Source: Oopsacas minuta
Taxonomy: Eukaryota > Animalia > Porifera
Length of the DNA stretch: 64,000 bases
Direction: 5' to 3'
Assembly: GCA_024704765.1 (NCBI GenBank)
Contig: JAKMXF010000011.1
Span: 947,973-1,011,972, forward strand
A program made the translations under genes and the position numbers. Positions 51,002 to 62,820 of the stretch are shown one piece after another. The number at the start of each line of letters is the position of its first letter. Position 1 is the first letter of the stretch. The notes beneath the pieces are model-generated. The model searched no databases. It was given only the letters and a program-made list of their open reading frames with translations, and was not told the DNA's origin.

Positions 51002-53008
51002 ATGGAATTTGACATACCAGACAAACACGCGTTCGTATTTATCGTAATTTCTAAACGATTAAGCTCAGAGAGTCTCTGCTCGCTAATGCGATTATTCGGC
51101 ATTAAATCAGAGGAGTGGGATAGGATTCGTTCGTCACAGTGCCCGCCCTTAGCTTTCTTATGCTATCTTCATTCTATCGATTTGTTGGATAAGAGTTTGC
51201 TTGAGAAACATCTGAAGAGTATTGGGGAGGTAGCTCTATCCAGATGGGTAATAGACAATTGGAATAATACTGACACTATTCCCAAAGCTAAACAGGAAGA
51301 TATTCATAACCAGGATAACAGAGCTCTCACAAATCTAGACTCAATCCTATCTTCTGATGTATTCACTCCCGGGGGTGCTTTACAGAATCGTCTATTTCTT
51401 AACGGTATTATTGAGCAGCAAATAGAACTAGAGAGACAGTCATCATCTCGTACATTTGAGTGGAGAACAACTAGCTCATCCAGTGACACCCGTAAAACTC
51501 CCATCTCTTTGCCAGACGCTACATTTCCAGACTTATCATTCGATTACAACAGCAATCCCACCAGCAGAATAGCACATCACAGAGAAGGACTACATGCTAA
51601 GTCTGAAAGGACAAACAAAATCTTGCGTACACAAAGTCAAACAGATCTCTACACATCTGTGGGAAGGAGGACTAGCTTGCATTCGAAAAAGTCCGAATGC
51701 TACCACGGAAATTTCTCTGAGATTTTCAGTTTACTGAAATCCTCGAAGGACATAAACAAGGCTATAGGTATATACTATTTGCAAGAGAAATTACAAGAAG
51801 AATTCAATGAAGATATATGTTTAAATGTGTGGTATAATGTAAATGAGTTATTTCATGGCAAGAACCAACAACTGAAATTATTCTTCTTGGATTTTTTCCG
51901 ATCCTATATAAAAGCATCGATTATATTCTTACAAGACAATCAAAAGGTGTTGGAAGAAATTCTGCTAGCTCTCTTTCAGGATTTGAGTTTGAATTATGGA
52001 GCAGCAAAGTTCAAAACTTACCGAATCCTTGACGAACTTATCCAAGAATTCTCTCCGCTTACCTTGCTTATAAGTATGACTCGTGTTATACTACAGACAA
52101 TTGAAATTACAGAAATTACAAAATCCAGTGAAGCAACGAACTTGTTGATTCTGTCTCAAGAGGTTTATTCAGATTTTCTGACTCTACTTTCACTAGAAGA
52201 TCTAGTCTCAATCCCAGAGATTAATGTGCTTGCAAGAAAATGTGTGAACCAATCACGATGTATTGATCCACTCTTACAGAAAATAGCTCAGCAAATCATT
52301 GTCAATTTCTACAATCTGCAACCAACTCTAATCTTCACTTTAGTTCGGGACTTGATGGACTACAAAGATAAACGATTCGTTAGTGAGATACTGCAAGGCC
52401 ATTTGTTAGAGGAAGATATTTCTATGGGAATACCGCGTAACCAGTCCAGCAGGAGAGAGCATCAACTTTTGCCTCCCCGATCGGTCAGTATACCAGATTT
52501 TTCTCAGTCAGAGTCATTCGAAATTATTTCTGATGATAGCGCTGTTCGTGATGAATCAAACTTTGAAAACTTTATTTTAGAAGAATTGAATGAATTTAAT
52601 ACCAAAGGTGAGATTTCTATGAAAATTCCTATGCCTACAAAGCTGACTGCTATGCGATCTTTCTTAGCTCCAGCCACACCGATAATCACCAATAGTCTCA
52701 TTAGCCACGAAGACAGCAAGTTCGTTAGTCTCATTTCTAAGAGAGATCCGAAGCGATATTTTAGCAAACGAGTTTTCGTATTTCTACGCTCGAGATTAGT
52801 GGCAGGAATTCTACGAGCAATTTTCAAGGAAGAATGTGCTACAGAGTTTTTATTGTTTCCTGCGAAACGCAACAGCTTAGCTGGCGTAGAGTTTACACAC
52901 ACGGTAGGAGACTGCGATGGAACGTACAAAGGAAAGCGAAGGTTCTTTTGCAGGGCAAACTGTGCCACTTTCCTACAATTGGAGGGAGTATTTGTGCTGA
53001 GGGACTGA
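51002..53008 (+). CDS. Multidomain protein: N-terminal DED-like death fold, central HEAT/TOG-like helices, C-terminal CYLD-type CAP-Gly
   Basis: C-terminus LAGVEFTHTVGDCDGTYKGKRRFFC resembles CAP-Gly; N-terminus ISKRLSSESLCSLMRLF...PLAFLCYLHSIDLL...HLKSIG resembles DED helices. Confidence 0.7.
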   Translation: MEFDIPDKHAFVFIVISKRLSSESLCSLMRLFGIKSEEWDRIRSSQCPPLAFLCYLHSIDLLDKSLLEKHLKSIGEVALSRWVIDNWNNTDTIPKAKQEDIHNQDNRALTNLDSILSSDVFTPGGALQNRLFLNGIIEQQIELERQSSSRTFEWRTTSSSSDTRKTPISLPDATFPDLSFDYNSNPTSRIAHHREGLHAKSERTNKILRTQSQTDLYTSVGRRTSLHSKKSECYHGNFSEIFSLLKSSKDINKAIGIYYLQEKLQEEFNEDICLNVWYNVNELFHGKNQQLKLFFLDFFRSYIKASIIFLQDNQKVLEEILLALFQDLSLNYGAAKFKTYRILDELIQEFSPLTLLISMTRVILQTIEITEITKSSEATNLLILSQEVYSDFLTLLSLEDLVSIPEINVLARKCVNQSRCIDPLLQKIAQQIIVNFYNLQPTLIFTLVRDLMDYKDKRFVSEILQGHLLEEDISMGIPRNQSSRREHQLLPPRSVSIPDFSQSESFEIISDDSAVRDESNFENFILEELNEFNTKGEISMKIPMPTKLTAMRSFLAPATPIITNSLISHEDSKFVSLISKRDPKRYFSKRVFVFLRSRLVAGILRAIFKEECATEFLLFPAKRNSLAGVEFTHTVGDCDGTYKGKRRFFCRANCATFLQLEGVFVLRD

Positions 53009-53139
53009 TATAATATTTTTGTACTGCTTGTTGTAATACTTTCATTGGCTTGTAATTTATATGTTTTTAATCAATTGTTGCATTAACTTACGTATAATTA
53101 ATAATTATTACTATTCTATACATCCAATAATAGTCAGTC

Positions 53140-54945
53140 ATGCCTAAGATGGTAAAAAAGTCTCAGAAAGATAAGAAACCTTCCAAATCTATGAGTAGTA
53201 CAAACCCAGATCGTCCGCGTACCAATCCTGGCATGCGAGATAAATCTACCATAAAACGATTGCAAATGTACAAATACGGAGGAAAGGCCATCCGTAATAA
53301 AGGCGGTAAAATTATTCAACCAGCTCCGTTTCAAAACAGAGCGAAGAGTGGAGAAATGGGACGCGTAGAACCGAACAGAAAATGGTTTGGAAATACACGC
53401 GTAATCGCACAGAATTCTCTGCAAAAGTTTCAAGAAGAAATGGGACAAGTTCGTAACGATCCTTACAAAGTGCTTATGAAACGCAGCAAACTTCCTGTCT
53501 CATTACTACAGGAGAAACGGAAACAGGCGAGAGTACACATTTTAGATACAGAGTCATTTGAGCATACATTTGGGAAGAATGCTCAGAGAAAACGGCCAAA
53601 CCTTCCCTCTAATGATCTTAGAGAATTAGTACAGACAGCAGAAAACTCAAATTCAAAGTATGATAAATTACTGGATAAGAATTTGATTGTCGAAGAACCT
53701 GAATGCAAAGAAGAAGCTATTGACATCAAATTCGCTGCAGGACAATCTCGTCGCATTTGGAATGAACTCTACAAAGTTATAGATTCATCTGACGTCATCG
53801 TACAAGTCCTAGATGCTAGGAACGCCCCAGGCACTAGATGCCACCAAGTTGAAGCTTATTTAAAAAGCCAGAAGTCTCACAAACACTTAATATTTGTGCT
53901 TAATAAATGCGATCTCGTGCCTACTTGGGTAACCAAGCATTCGATTACAACTTTGTCTAAATCTAACCCGACCATAGCATTCCATGCTTCTGTAACGAAT
54001 TCATTCGGTAAAGGATCTCTCATTCATTTGCTGAGGCAGTTTGCTAAGTTACATTTAGATCGGAAGCAAATCAGTGTAGGATTTATTGGCTATCCAAATG
54101 TAGGTAAGAGCTCTATTATAAATACACTCAGATCTAAAAAGGTATGTAAAGTAGCTCCAATCCCTGGGGAGACTAAAGTCTGGCAATATATTCGTCTAAC
54201 CAAACGAATCCATTTGATAGACTGCCCAGGTGTTGTCTATCCTGAAGGAGAGACAGAAGCTGATAAGGTTTTGAAAGGTGTTACACGTGTGGAATATCTG
54301 AAAACTCCTTCTTTCTATATTTCTGAAGTTTTAGACAGAACTACACATGCTTATATTAAAAGATTATACGGAATAAGTGAATGGAAAGATGAAGAAGAAT
54401 TCTTGGAGAAAATGGCCAAGAAAACAGGAAAGTTATTGAAAGGTGGAGAGTTTGATATTGAGACTGTTTCTAAAATGATTCTCAGTGATTGGCAGAGAGG
54501 TAAGATTCCATATTTCGTGAAACCGGAGGATCAGGACATGGAATCTAGACGGGGGGATACTTCCAAAAAGGTCACATCGGTTGCTAATAAAAGTACAGTT
54601 TCAGTGAAACAGAATTTAGATCAGATTAAACACAAGTCAGCTGATTACTCTACAATTAATTTCCAACTGATAGAACCATCTCAGAACTCAGAGACTGATG
54701 TCACTACTGATAGTGATGTGAGTAATATGAGCGTTATTGAAGAGATGAACCTTTCTGAAGAGATGAACCTTTCTGAAGTTGAGTGTGCAGTGAGTGAAGC
54801 GAAACAAGAAATGACAGGTACAGACAAAGAATTAATTAAACAATCAGAAGAGATTGTTAACAAGCGCAACAAGAAGAGGAAAGCAGGAGTACACTTCTAC
54901 TCTATGATAAGTGTTAAAAACCGCAAAAGAGTCAAACTAAATTAA
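53140..54945 (+). CDS. GNL2: Nucleolar GTP-binding protein 2 (Nog2)
   Basis: NGP1NT N-terminus ([25 protein letters not shown]), circularly permuted GTPase ([17 protein letters not shown]). Contains an 18-bp tandem duplication (EEMNLS x2) near 54738-54778. Confidence 0.97.
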   Translation: MPKMVKKSQKDKKPSKSMSSTNPDRPRTNPGMRDKSTIKRLQMYKYGGKAIRNKGGKIIQPAPFQNRAKSGEMGRVEPNRKWFGNTRVIAQNSLQKFQEEMGQVRNDPYKVLMKRSKLPVSLLQEKRKQARVHILDTESFEHTFGKNAQRKRPNLPSNDLRELVQTAENSNSKYDKLLDKNLIVEEPECKEEAIDIKFAAGQSRRIWNELYKVIDSSDVIVQVLDARNAPGTRCHQVEAYLKSQKSHKHLIFVLNKCDLVPTWVTKHSITTLSKSNPTIAFHASVTNSFGKGSLIHLLRQFAKLHLDRKQISVGFIGYPNVGKSSIINTLRSKKVCKVAPIPGETKVWQYIRLTKRIHLIDCPGVVYPEGETEADKVLKGVTRVEYLKTPSFYISEVLDRTTHAYIKRLYGISEWKDEEEFLEKMAKKTGKLLKGGEFDIETVSKMILSDWQRGKIPYFVKPEDQDMESRRGDTSKKVTSVANKSTVSVKQNLDQIKHKSADYSTINFQLIEPSQNSETDVTTDSDVSNMSVIEEMNLSEEMNLSEVECAVSEAKQEMTGTDKELIKQSEEIVNKRNKKRKAGVHFYSMISVKNRKRVKLN

Positions 54946-55199
54946 TATTAGTTGTGATTTTACAGTTAATTTAGTGTATATTTTAGGAAATAATACATAT
55001 ACGTAGTCGCTAATTGATCTGTCACATCAATCAATTCATCAATAATGAACTACGAACATTGAAATGTTCGAATACAAAATGTATAATATTTGAGTGCATT
55101 GAAATATATAAATTACGACAATCATAGAGTGAGTACTGTCAGCAAGCAAAGAGTAATGATATTAGTGGGATAGCGTGCAAACTTATTAGAATAGACATT

Positions 55200-57688
55200 T
55201 TAATACACAATTTCATATAAGGTTGTCTTTTTATCCCCAGACCCTGTCACTATATACTTGTCGTCTTGTGATATGTCAGAACTGAGCACAGAACTGTTCT
55301 CTCGTCTGCTCACCAGCTGTTGGCCAGAGGGAGAGTGCCACAAGTTCAGCACGCTATCCTTTCCTCCTGTCAGACACCACTGAGCATCAGTTGCATATTT
55401 TAAAGTCAGAATAGATTGGGTGTGAATGTTCAATCGGAAATGTTCATCCTTTCTCAAATTTTGAACTTCGACGCTTGCATTTTCATTCCCCACGGCGAGC
55501 CAATCTCTGGAAGGGCACGCTCCCAAAGCAAATATTTGTCCGGAAAACGAGTACTCCTTGACCTTGTCCAGCTCTCTAATGTCCCAGGACTTAACTGTGT
55601 GATCTAGACCTCCTGTAAACAGTGTGTTACCGTCTGCTGATATGTCAATACTGCTGGCACCCTCTCCATGTCCGTCCACCTGTTTGATTGGTTTGAATGT
55701 CTGTGAATTCCAAATGCTAATCTTACCGTCACTTCCACAAGTAAAGAAATACTTTCCATCTTGTGACAGAGCCAGCGCGTAGTATACTGGACCACCGGAG
55801 TTGTGCTTAACCAATGGTAGAGAGCTTCCTGACTGAATATCAAATACACACAAATTAGAGAGTTCTCCTCCTACGATCAAATGGTTACGATCTGGTATCA
55901 GCTTACAGAAGCGGAGATAAGTATCTTCTTCACAATCGAGTGTATGTGCAGGCGTATTCGACTGGTTAATGTCCCATACTTTTACCGACCCCTTATCTCC
56001 CGCGAATATCTTGGAGCGCGATTGTTCAAGCCAAACAGCACACACCACTTCTTCGTGCGAGAATTCTCTGACTACTTTTAAATCTTTGGGATAGCTTCCG
56101 TTTTGTAACGGAGAGTAACTGTATGGTATAGCTGTACCGTCACTGATGAGAGTGGATGAACTCTGCTTTGGGTTTGATAAAAGGATGGAATGAGGATTCC
56201 ACCGTTGAGAAGATTGTGTGAAGGCTGACGTTCTTCCAATCCTATCTACTTGATCTGGTCTCGTGTATGACGTCATAGAGCCGTTATGCGGCGAGTCTGA
56301 AGTAACATTGAGTGAGAGTTTTAGATTGAGATCTACCTTGTTCTGTTTACTAGTAGGAGAGTCTACAGGCGAGGGATATACTCTAGAAGGATTCGATGAA
56401 GCTGAGAGAGTAAGTGTATTTGCTTTAGAAGGTTGTAGCTTTGTAGTATTAGAGAGAGGTTGGAAAGATCTGTTGCTTAAGTGAATTTTGTCTGGAGAAG
56501 GTTCATCATCATCTACAACTAATTCTGTATCACTTCTTTCCTCATCAGAGCTGTGAGGAGATATCTCCTCTCTCGCCCTCTTAGCTCGGTTGGTTAGGTT
56601 CTGAGAAGAATTCCTGGAGTTATTGGGACTCTTGTGACGTGTTTGAGTACCACTGGGGGGGCTAGTGCTCTTAGGTTCCATCAGTTCTTGCTTAATCAGA
56701 GAGGGATGTACTGGGGTCTGTATAGCCTGTAGATTAGGGGGAGGGAGTAGAGGCATGATGCAGCCTTGAGCTGTAGAGCTCAGATTGATACCGGGAGAGT
56801 TTATAATAGTTTGAGGTGGAAATCTGATAGATTGGAGGTTAGGAGGCAATAAGGGGGTAGTCTGAGCTTGTGCCATCTGTTGACCAAGCAGAGCACTCAG
56901 CTCTGATACACTAACCTAAATATCAATATGATAGTATTATTGGTGCATTGAAAATAACTTATCAGAGATTCTAATTATTAATTCGCAAAATGCTCACGAG
57001 TTATTGAAAGAGATGCCAAAATTTGTATAATCTATCTTCCTACACAATCAGTGTTTTAATGAGTGGGTTTCTAATTGTGTTAATTAGCCGCGGTGTTGGA
57101 TATAATTTAAGGTTAGTTAGTTAACATAATTAAATTTTGACAGCTTGTCCATATTCTTTGATGATTCTCAATAGTTTATGCTTAGCAGGGCTACACAATT
57201 GAGTTAATTATTGTAGAATTGAAAATCGATTAAGTACTCACCTGCTTTGCCTTGTCTAGGTTAGCCATAACATGTGCCTGCATTTCCTGAGGTAAGTGAG
57301 GGAGGTATTGGGTAACAAGATTGGTGAGTCGTTTATTTATCTCAGAAGTCTTCTGCACATCCATATTCAGTCCATAACACATCTCATAGTACATTACTTG
57401 CTGTTTTTGTAGCTCCGACTTTTCAGCTTGAAGTCTTTCAGAATCCAAACGTAGTTGCAAGTTGTGAGCTTCTAAAAGCGCGAATTGTTCGCGAATTTTA
57501 TCAAGAGGTTCGGAAATGGATGGCTTAGCAGTTTGTGAGTTAGCTTGGTGCTGTATAGAAGAAGAAGAAGTTGGAGGCGTCTGAAGTATTGGATTATGTG
57601 GGTGTGAGAATTGAGAAGCGTGCGGAATGAAATTCATCGGAGAGATTATGTTCAGTCCTGCAGGATGGGAGCCATTGATCGGCTTCAT
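55200..57688 (-). CDS. TLE: Groucho/TLE co-repressor; exons 57688-57242 and 56915-55200 (about 720 aa)
   Basis: Q domain VMYYEMCYGLN...INKRL...AKQ|VSVSELSALLGQQ across a phase-0 GTGAGT...TTTAG intron; CcN-like SDEERSDTELVVDD; WD40 HEEVVCAV...KGSVKVWDI, YLRFCKL, LFTGGLD, IVTGSGDKKTTLYEIVY. Confidence 0.93.
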
Positions 57689-59262
57689 AATATATCGTAT
57701 AGCTTGATACTTGGGGAGTAATTTGGATCTACTTTAGAGAGAAATATAGGAAAAATGAACAGAAATTAAAATTTTTTGATAGATATTGAAACTGGGCTGA
57801 ATAAATATAATAGAAAGGTTTGGAGAATAGAAGAAGCCTGCTATACTAGTATCTTATACGTGATGGATTATTGAAAATAAAGAGCCATCCAACCTCATAT
57901 TTTACTAGTTTAGGTTATTTATAGAGATATGGCAACGCATATAGTGTCTTGGTAGTCTCAGTACTAATCGGTAATCACAGGCATATCTGCGCTATCAACT
58001 GCTGTCCTACATCTCTTATACACCAAGTTAACCTGTTTGGAAATAATATAATCATAATTTATTCGTGCCAATTATAATTAATTAATTAATTAAGATATTG
58101 TATGTAACATATATTCTCAGATTACAGTTAGTTTTTGTGTAAATTGAGATTACCTAGGATTCTCACCTGCTATGACTTTGTATTGTCTGATTGTCCAGAA
58201 ACTTATTGACACCTGCCAATTGAGATTGCTCTTAACTTTGGGATAGCTCTTTAATTAATTGATTTATTGATTGCTCTTTCTCCATTTCTGCTCTATTGCT
58301 CGATACATACAAGATGCTATGCTCTGCTCTACCAGGCCATAAATAGCAAAAATGATATCGTACTGTAATTGAAATAATTAATTTAGGAGATAGAACTGCA
58401 CACAATCTGAGGCTAACGCCAAGTTGATAAAATTAGTGGACTCTTGTTAAGTTTGCGAGATTATAATTCGAACAGTTATGCGATTTGATGCGTATAAAGA
58501 CTGAGAGATATATAGAGAGAGTACCTCTAATAACCGACACTAATTGAGCAATTAGTGCAATACAGAATGTAATTAATATTAGCAAATGGTGCACTCAGGA
58601 AAGTAATTTTGCCTGTCTGAGTATAGACACAATATAACGATGAATACATTAGCATTGACTGAATAAGTGTAAATGATGTTTATGGAAGAAGGTAACCACT
58701 TAATTATGCAACTTACCTAATTTGTATGGAATTTGTATTTTATAGACATAAGACTGATTAGAGCACAGCTAAATACTGGCATAACTGACAATAAATTTAA
58801 TTAATCCTCATTAAGGAATTTTGAGCTGAATGAGGTATGTCGGACAATCAAATTACTTGCCATGTCAGTTTGTAAAGAAGCTCGCTTAATATGTGTAACA
58901 GATAGGAGAGGCTTCTAATGTTAAGAAACTGATTGGGATACCTTATAGCAGAGGATAACCGTAATAGTACAATTGCTATGGATTCATACTTAGACAGGAC
59001 AATCCAATTCTTGGAGATGGTATAGGGATTTACCAACTGACACATTATACAGTTGAACAATGAAAATCTTAATTATTTTAAACTCTTTAACAAAATAAGA
59101 CTTCAGATTAAGTCAATGAACATTAAGGTCGGATAATAGGCTAAATTGGCTATCAAACTACAAAGTAAAATAATTCAAAATGAAATTTACACACGCACAC
59201 ATACATACAAACCAATTCCGAATTACTAGTAAAATACCCTAAAAGAAATAGATACAAACTTA

Positions 59263-61494
59263 CTATACAGCCTTATTCTCTGGAATAGCTTGAAATTCCT
59301 TGTCTTGCTTTTCAGTGGTGAGATATCTATATCCAACACGAGATTCTAACTGTTTGAGCTTTAGCCACATGTCCTTGTCCACGAACCAGGGATGTTGAAG
59401 AGCTCTACTTACGTTATATCTCTTTCTAATACTAACCTCCATCAGATTGTTAACCAGATCAATAGCTGTCGGCGAAATTAGCTTCCATGGATGTGATGGG
59501 TACATGAACTCTTGATTGCTAACTTGAGACTTTATATCTTCATCCTCATTGAAAGGAAATGTCCCGCTCAGACTGACATAAGTAATAACTCCAGATGACC
59601 ACATATCCAGGGCTCTGTTGTAGCCACTACTGTCCAGTACCTCAGGTGCTACATAAGCGGGTGTTCCCACAAGGGACCTGCGGAATTGCTCAGTGTTAAT
59701 CATACGAGCATAACCAAAGTCGCATAGTTTTATTTGATATGGTATCTCCTTACTGACCAACAGTACGTTTTCAGGCTTGAGATCACAATGCACCGCATCA
59801 TGCTTGTGTAAATATCTCAGAGCAATTAGGATTTGGTAGATAATTGTTTTAGTGTTAAATTCGTCAAGACGTCCAATGGGCTGAGTTAGAATCAGTTCCA
59901 GCATATCTCCAGCTAAGCGCTCCATTACTACAAATAACATCTTCCAATTCTCAAATACTTTCTCTAGCCCAACTATACCCGGATGACTTATGCCTTGTAA
60001 GAATAGAACCTCGTTTAGTAGGGCTTGCTTCTCGTCGATAGGGAACTGAGTCTTCTCAATAGCTTTGACTGCTACTAATCTACCAGATTTCCTATTCACT
60101 CCACCGAACACAGTACCAAACTGTCCGCTGCCTAATATATCCTGATGGAATACCTGATAGAATAGGCTAATATCAAGCGTTTCAGTCTTGATGCTCGCGT
60201 CAGAGGTTGATTTTGGAACTTTGAAAGAACCACGCATTTGATGTTTATGCATTCCTCCAAATTTAGGCCTACGAGCAGGCCTGAAAGCGATAAACTCCGA
60301 TTTATTGGAAACAACTGGCGGAGGCGGTTCCTTGCTGGCTCCTTTCGACACTTGGCCGGTTGCGTGAGATTGTTCTTGCTCAGTCTCCAGAGTGAAAGGC
60401 ATTAACAGTGCATGAAATTCGTTCTCCCATTCAACCATTGATGAAAGTCCAATACCAAACTCAGCCCATTCTTTCTCCTTCAGACTTTGGAGGTTGAACA
60501 CATCTCCAGGTTTTACAGGATCCTTTGAGAAATGAATCAACTCATCTCTGCTAATCACATCCAGTCCGATGTAGTATTCCATTCCATCGCTTGTAGTCAG
60601 CAACAAACAAGGTACTGGATTGAGTTTAGAAGAACTTTGTGACGAAAACATAGCGCCGTATGGCATTATCGTTTGTATTGAAGCTAAAGGTACTTCGAAG
60701 CTGGGTTGCTTAGCGTCTGGAGTCAAGAAGAAACTTACAGATTTATAGGAGAGGCGACAGAACAGTTGTTGACGTATTGAGCATTGTTTTGTACAGAAAA
60801 TTAACCAACCCTCCTTCACATAGTTTGAGGCTTTGCTGTCTTGTTTATTTGATGCACCTAACACACCTCTACGTTGAGAAATACGGGACACTCTTGAAAA
60901 GTTATTTTTGCCCTCTCGTATATTTTGAACTTTGGGTTGAACCGTATCTCCACGGATTATTCGTCCCAACTCTTTAGTATCTAAAGGATTCGCTAGATGG
61001 AAACAAGAAATAGAATCAGGGTCCTTTATATATCCTGGAAGAAGAGATTTATCGACATTACGCTCCAAAAACACGTAAATACATTTGTCATATTTGTGAT
61101 AAGACTCCAATTGTGTGAATAACTCTGTTGTAGAGAAACGTTGAAACGATTCTTCGTAGATTGCGCCAGATTCTTTATTCATAAGAATCTGCTTTAGAGT
61201 TGGAGAGCAGATAATAAGAATAATGTTAGAATCATTTAGATGTTCAGAGTACCAGTGATGCCAGGCACCAACTGTAAATTTATTTGATTCAAAAAAGGGT
61301 TCAGAAATTGCATCAATCCTTTCCGATTCTCTCAAAGATTTCGTCACTTTGATAATCCGTTCTTTTTCTTCTTTCATCTGTGATTTATCTAGATCCATAT
61401 CTGGTTCCCTTGAAAATATTATTAGCGCTTTGTATTGGATATCCGAGTTCTCCGACGTGGCAGTAGGAGGAAGATTGTTAGAAATACTGGCCAT
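59263..61494 (-). CDS. Protein kinase D-family kinase with PH domain and N-terminal SEFIR/TIR-like domain instead of C1 domains
   Basis: PKD kinase YQVF..DILGSGQFG, HCDLKPENVLL, KLCDFGYAR, FRRSLVGTPAYVAPE, SLSGTFPFNEDEDI; PKD-type PH KEGWLIF...EVPLASI; N-terminal KALIIFS...W..WY..HL..SNIILIICSP...IYVFL...LP..I. Start taken at ATG 61494. Confidence 0.88.
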   Translation of the reverse strand: MASISNNLPPTATSENSDIQYKALIIFSREPDMDLDKSQMKEEKERIIKVTKSLRESERIDAISEPFFESNKFTVGAWHHWYSEHLNDSNIILIICSPTLKQILMNKESGAIYEESFQRFSTTELFTQLESYHKYDKCIYVFLERNVDKSLLPGYIKDPDSISCFHLANPLDTKELGRIIRGDTVQPKVQNIREGKNNFSRVSRISQRRGVLGASNKQDSKASNYVKEGWLIFCTKQCSIRQQLFCRLSYKSVSFFLTPDAKQPSFEVPLASIQTIMPYGAMFSSQSSSKLNPVPCLLLTTSDGMEYYIGLDVISRDELIHFSKDPVKPGDVFNLQSLKEKEWAEFGIGLSSMVEWENEFHALLMPFTLETEQEQSHATGQVSKGASKEPPPPVVSNKSEFIAFRPARRPKFGGMHKHQMRGSFKVPKSTSDASIKTETLDISLFYQVFHQDILGSGQFGTVFGGVNRKSGRLVAVKAIEKTQFPIDEKQALLNEVLFLQGISHPGIVGLEKVFENWKMLFVVMERLAGDMLELILTQPIGRLDEFNTKTIIYQILIALRYLHKHDAVHCDLKPENVLLVSKEIPYQIKLCDFGYARMINTEQFRRSLVGTPAYVAPEVLDSSGYNRALDMWSSGVITYVSLSGTFPFNEDEDIKSQVSNQEFMYPSHPWKLISPTAIDLVNNLMEVSIRKRYNVSRALQHPWFVDKDMWLKLKQLESRVGYRYLTTEKQDKEFQAIPENKAV

Positions 61495-62439
61495 ATGGCT
61501 AATTGGAATGAAAAATAGAGAATGAATATTCGAAATATAATACATCATAGAAATCTGTAAGAATGGAAATTCATAAACTGCAGAGATGCCAACTCTCACA
61601 AGGAATACATACATAATGGAATTGAAACAGAGAAATCTCTGAGGTTTCAAAGTAATAATGAATAACAAAGTTAGAATAATTCGTTTCTCTCAAACAAATA
61701 CACCTTAGGAAATGCACCAACACTCCAAAGGGAGGTTCTAAAAGCTACTTGAGAATGTTCTTATAGTATAAGGAAATGTTCATATAAATATAATGGATTT
61801 ATATACCCTTAAACGTAATTAGAAGATTATTGAATTATAAGATTCTCATATTCGTAAGGTTTTAGCACAATATTCTAAGAAATCTTGAGAAGTGATTGTA
61901 ATATTTAATGTTACAACAAATTGTGTTACAAATAATAGCATAAAATATATGAATAAGTCTGTGGCAGTCCTTCTGGGCTGCTGCTTAATAAATTGGTTGT
62001 GAGTAGACTCATCTGCAACACTTTGTAACTCTCCTCTCAATCACGAGAGTCGAAGGTGGTGGCACTCAAATACAGCAATTGCCCCAAATCAGTCTCAAGC
62101 GAAGTAGATGTAGAATATGACAGGAAGGGAAAGGATGGGGAAGAGGAGAAGAGATTTTAATTATTATGTTCAATTATATTCGTATATATACTTGTTGGTG
62201 AGTTGCAGGTGTCACAACATATATAGAATAAACTATAGTATTTCAGTAGTTACCAGCTGCATCAAATGAAATGTTTGTAAGGCTTGCAACACCTGCACTA
62301 GTACAAAGAGTATAAATACGAGCAATATTTACGAATTTAAATATTTCTGCTACTTCTCTCTAAGATGTCTCATTTCTTCACTCTGTTTCCTCCCTCACGC
62401 TTCCCTGCACTCTATCTATTACAGGACTACAATCTTACT

Positions 62440-62548
62440 CTCAATTCTTCACTCAACTCTGCTCAATTGTCTGACATAATTCTCTCAATTCGTCACCTAC
62501 CTCTGTTCAATTTTCTGACAGCATTCTCTCAATTCGTCACTTACCTCA
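62440..62548. repeat. Degenerate 44-bp tandem repeat, about 2.5 copies
   Basis: CTGACA(TAA/GCA)TTCTCTCAATTCGTCAC(C/T)TACCTC at 62471 and 62515, with a weaker copy upstream. Confidence 0.7.
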
Positions 62549-62820
62549 GACATTATAAATATAAATTCCTATCTAACTGAACCTAGAAACATTAGAGATG
62601 CTAAAGAAGTGATTGAAAATACAATTATAGTGTATGTTAATTGATTTTTATAATTGTTAAGAGCTTAGAATTATGGTTTGAATAATTGAAATATTATGGC
62701 ACTTATAATGCATAGGGTAGCGGAATAGTTATACTACAAAACATTCATAAAATAGATTAAACAAGTAGAACAGTAACTGCAGGTTATAAGAACATCGTCG
62801 AGAACTGGAAATAATGGCCG

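Noticed and set aside
57750-59200. Possible multi-exon minus-strand gene between TLE and the kinase (several GTAAGT/GTGAGA donors, short ORF 58848-59060)
   Set aside because: Could not build a phase-consistent open model or recognise any domain.
764-62580. Many short antisense or overlapping ORFs in the track (for example 774-1259, 14614-15159, 19900-20475, 42884-43384, 52504-52968, 61846-62040, 62365-62580)
   Set aside because: They are shadows of real genes on the other strand or frame, or arise from repeats; no independent motifs.
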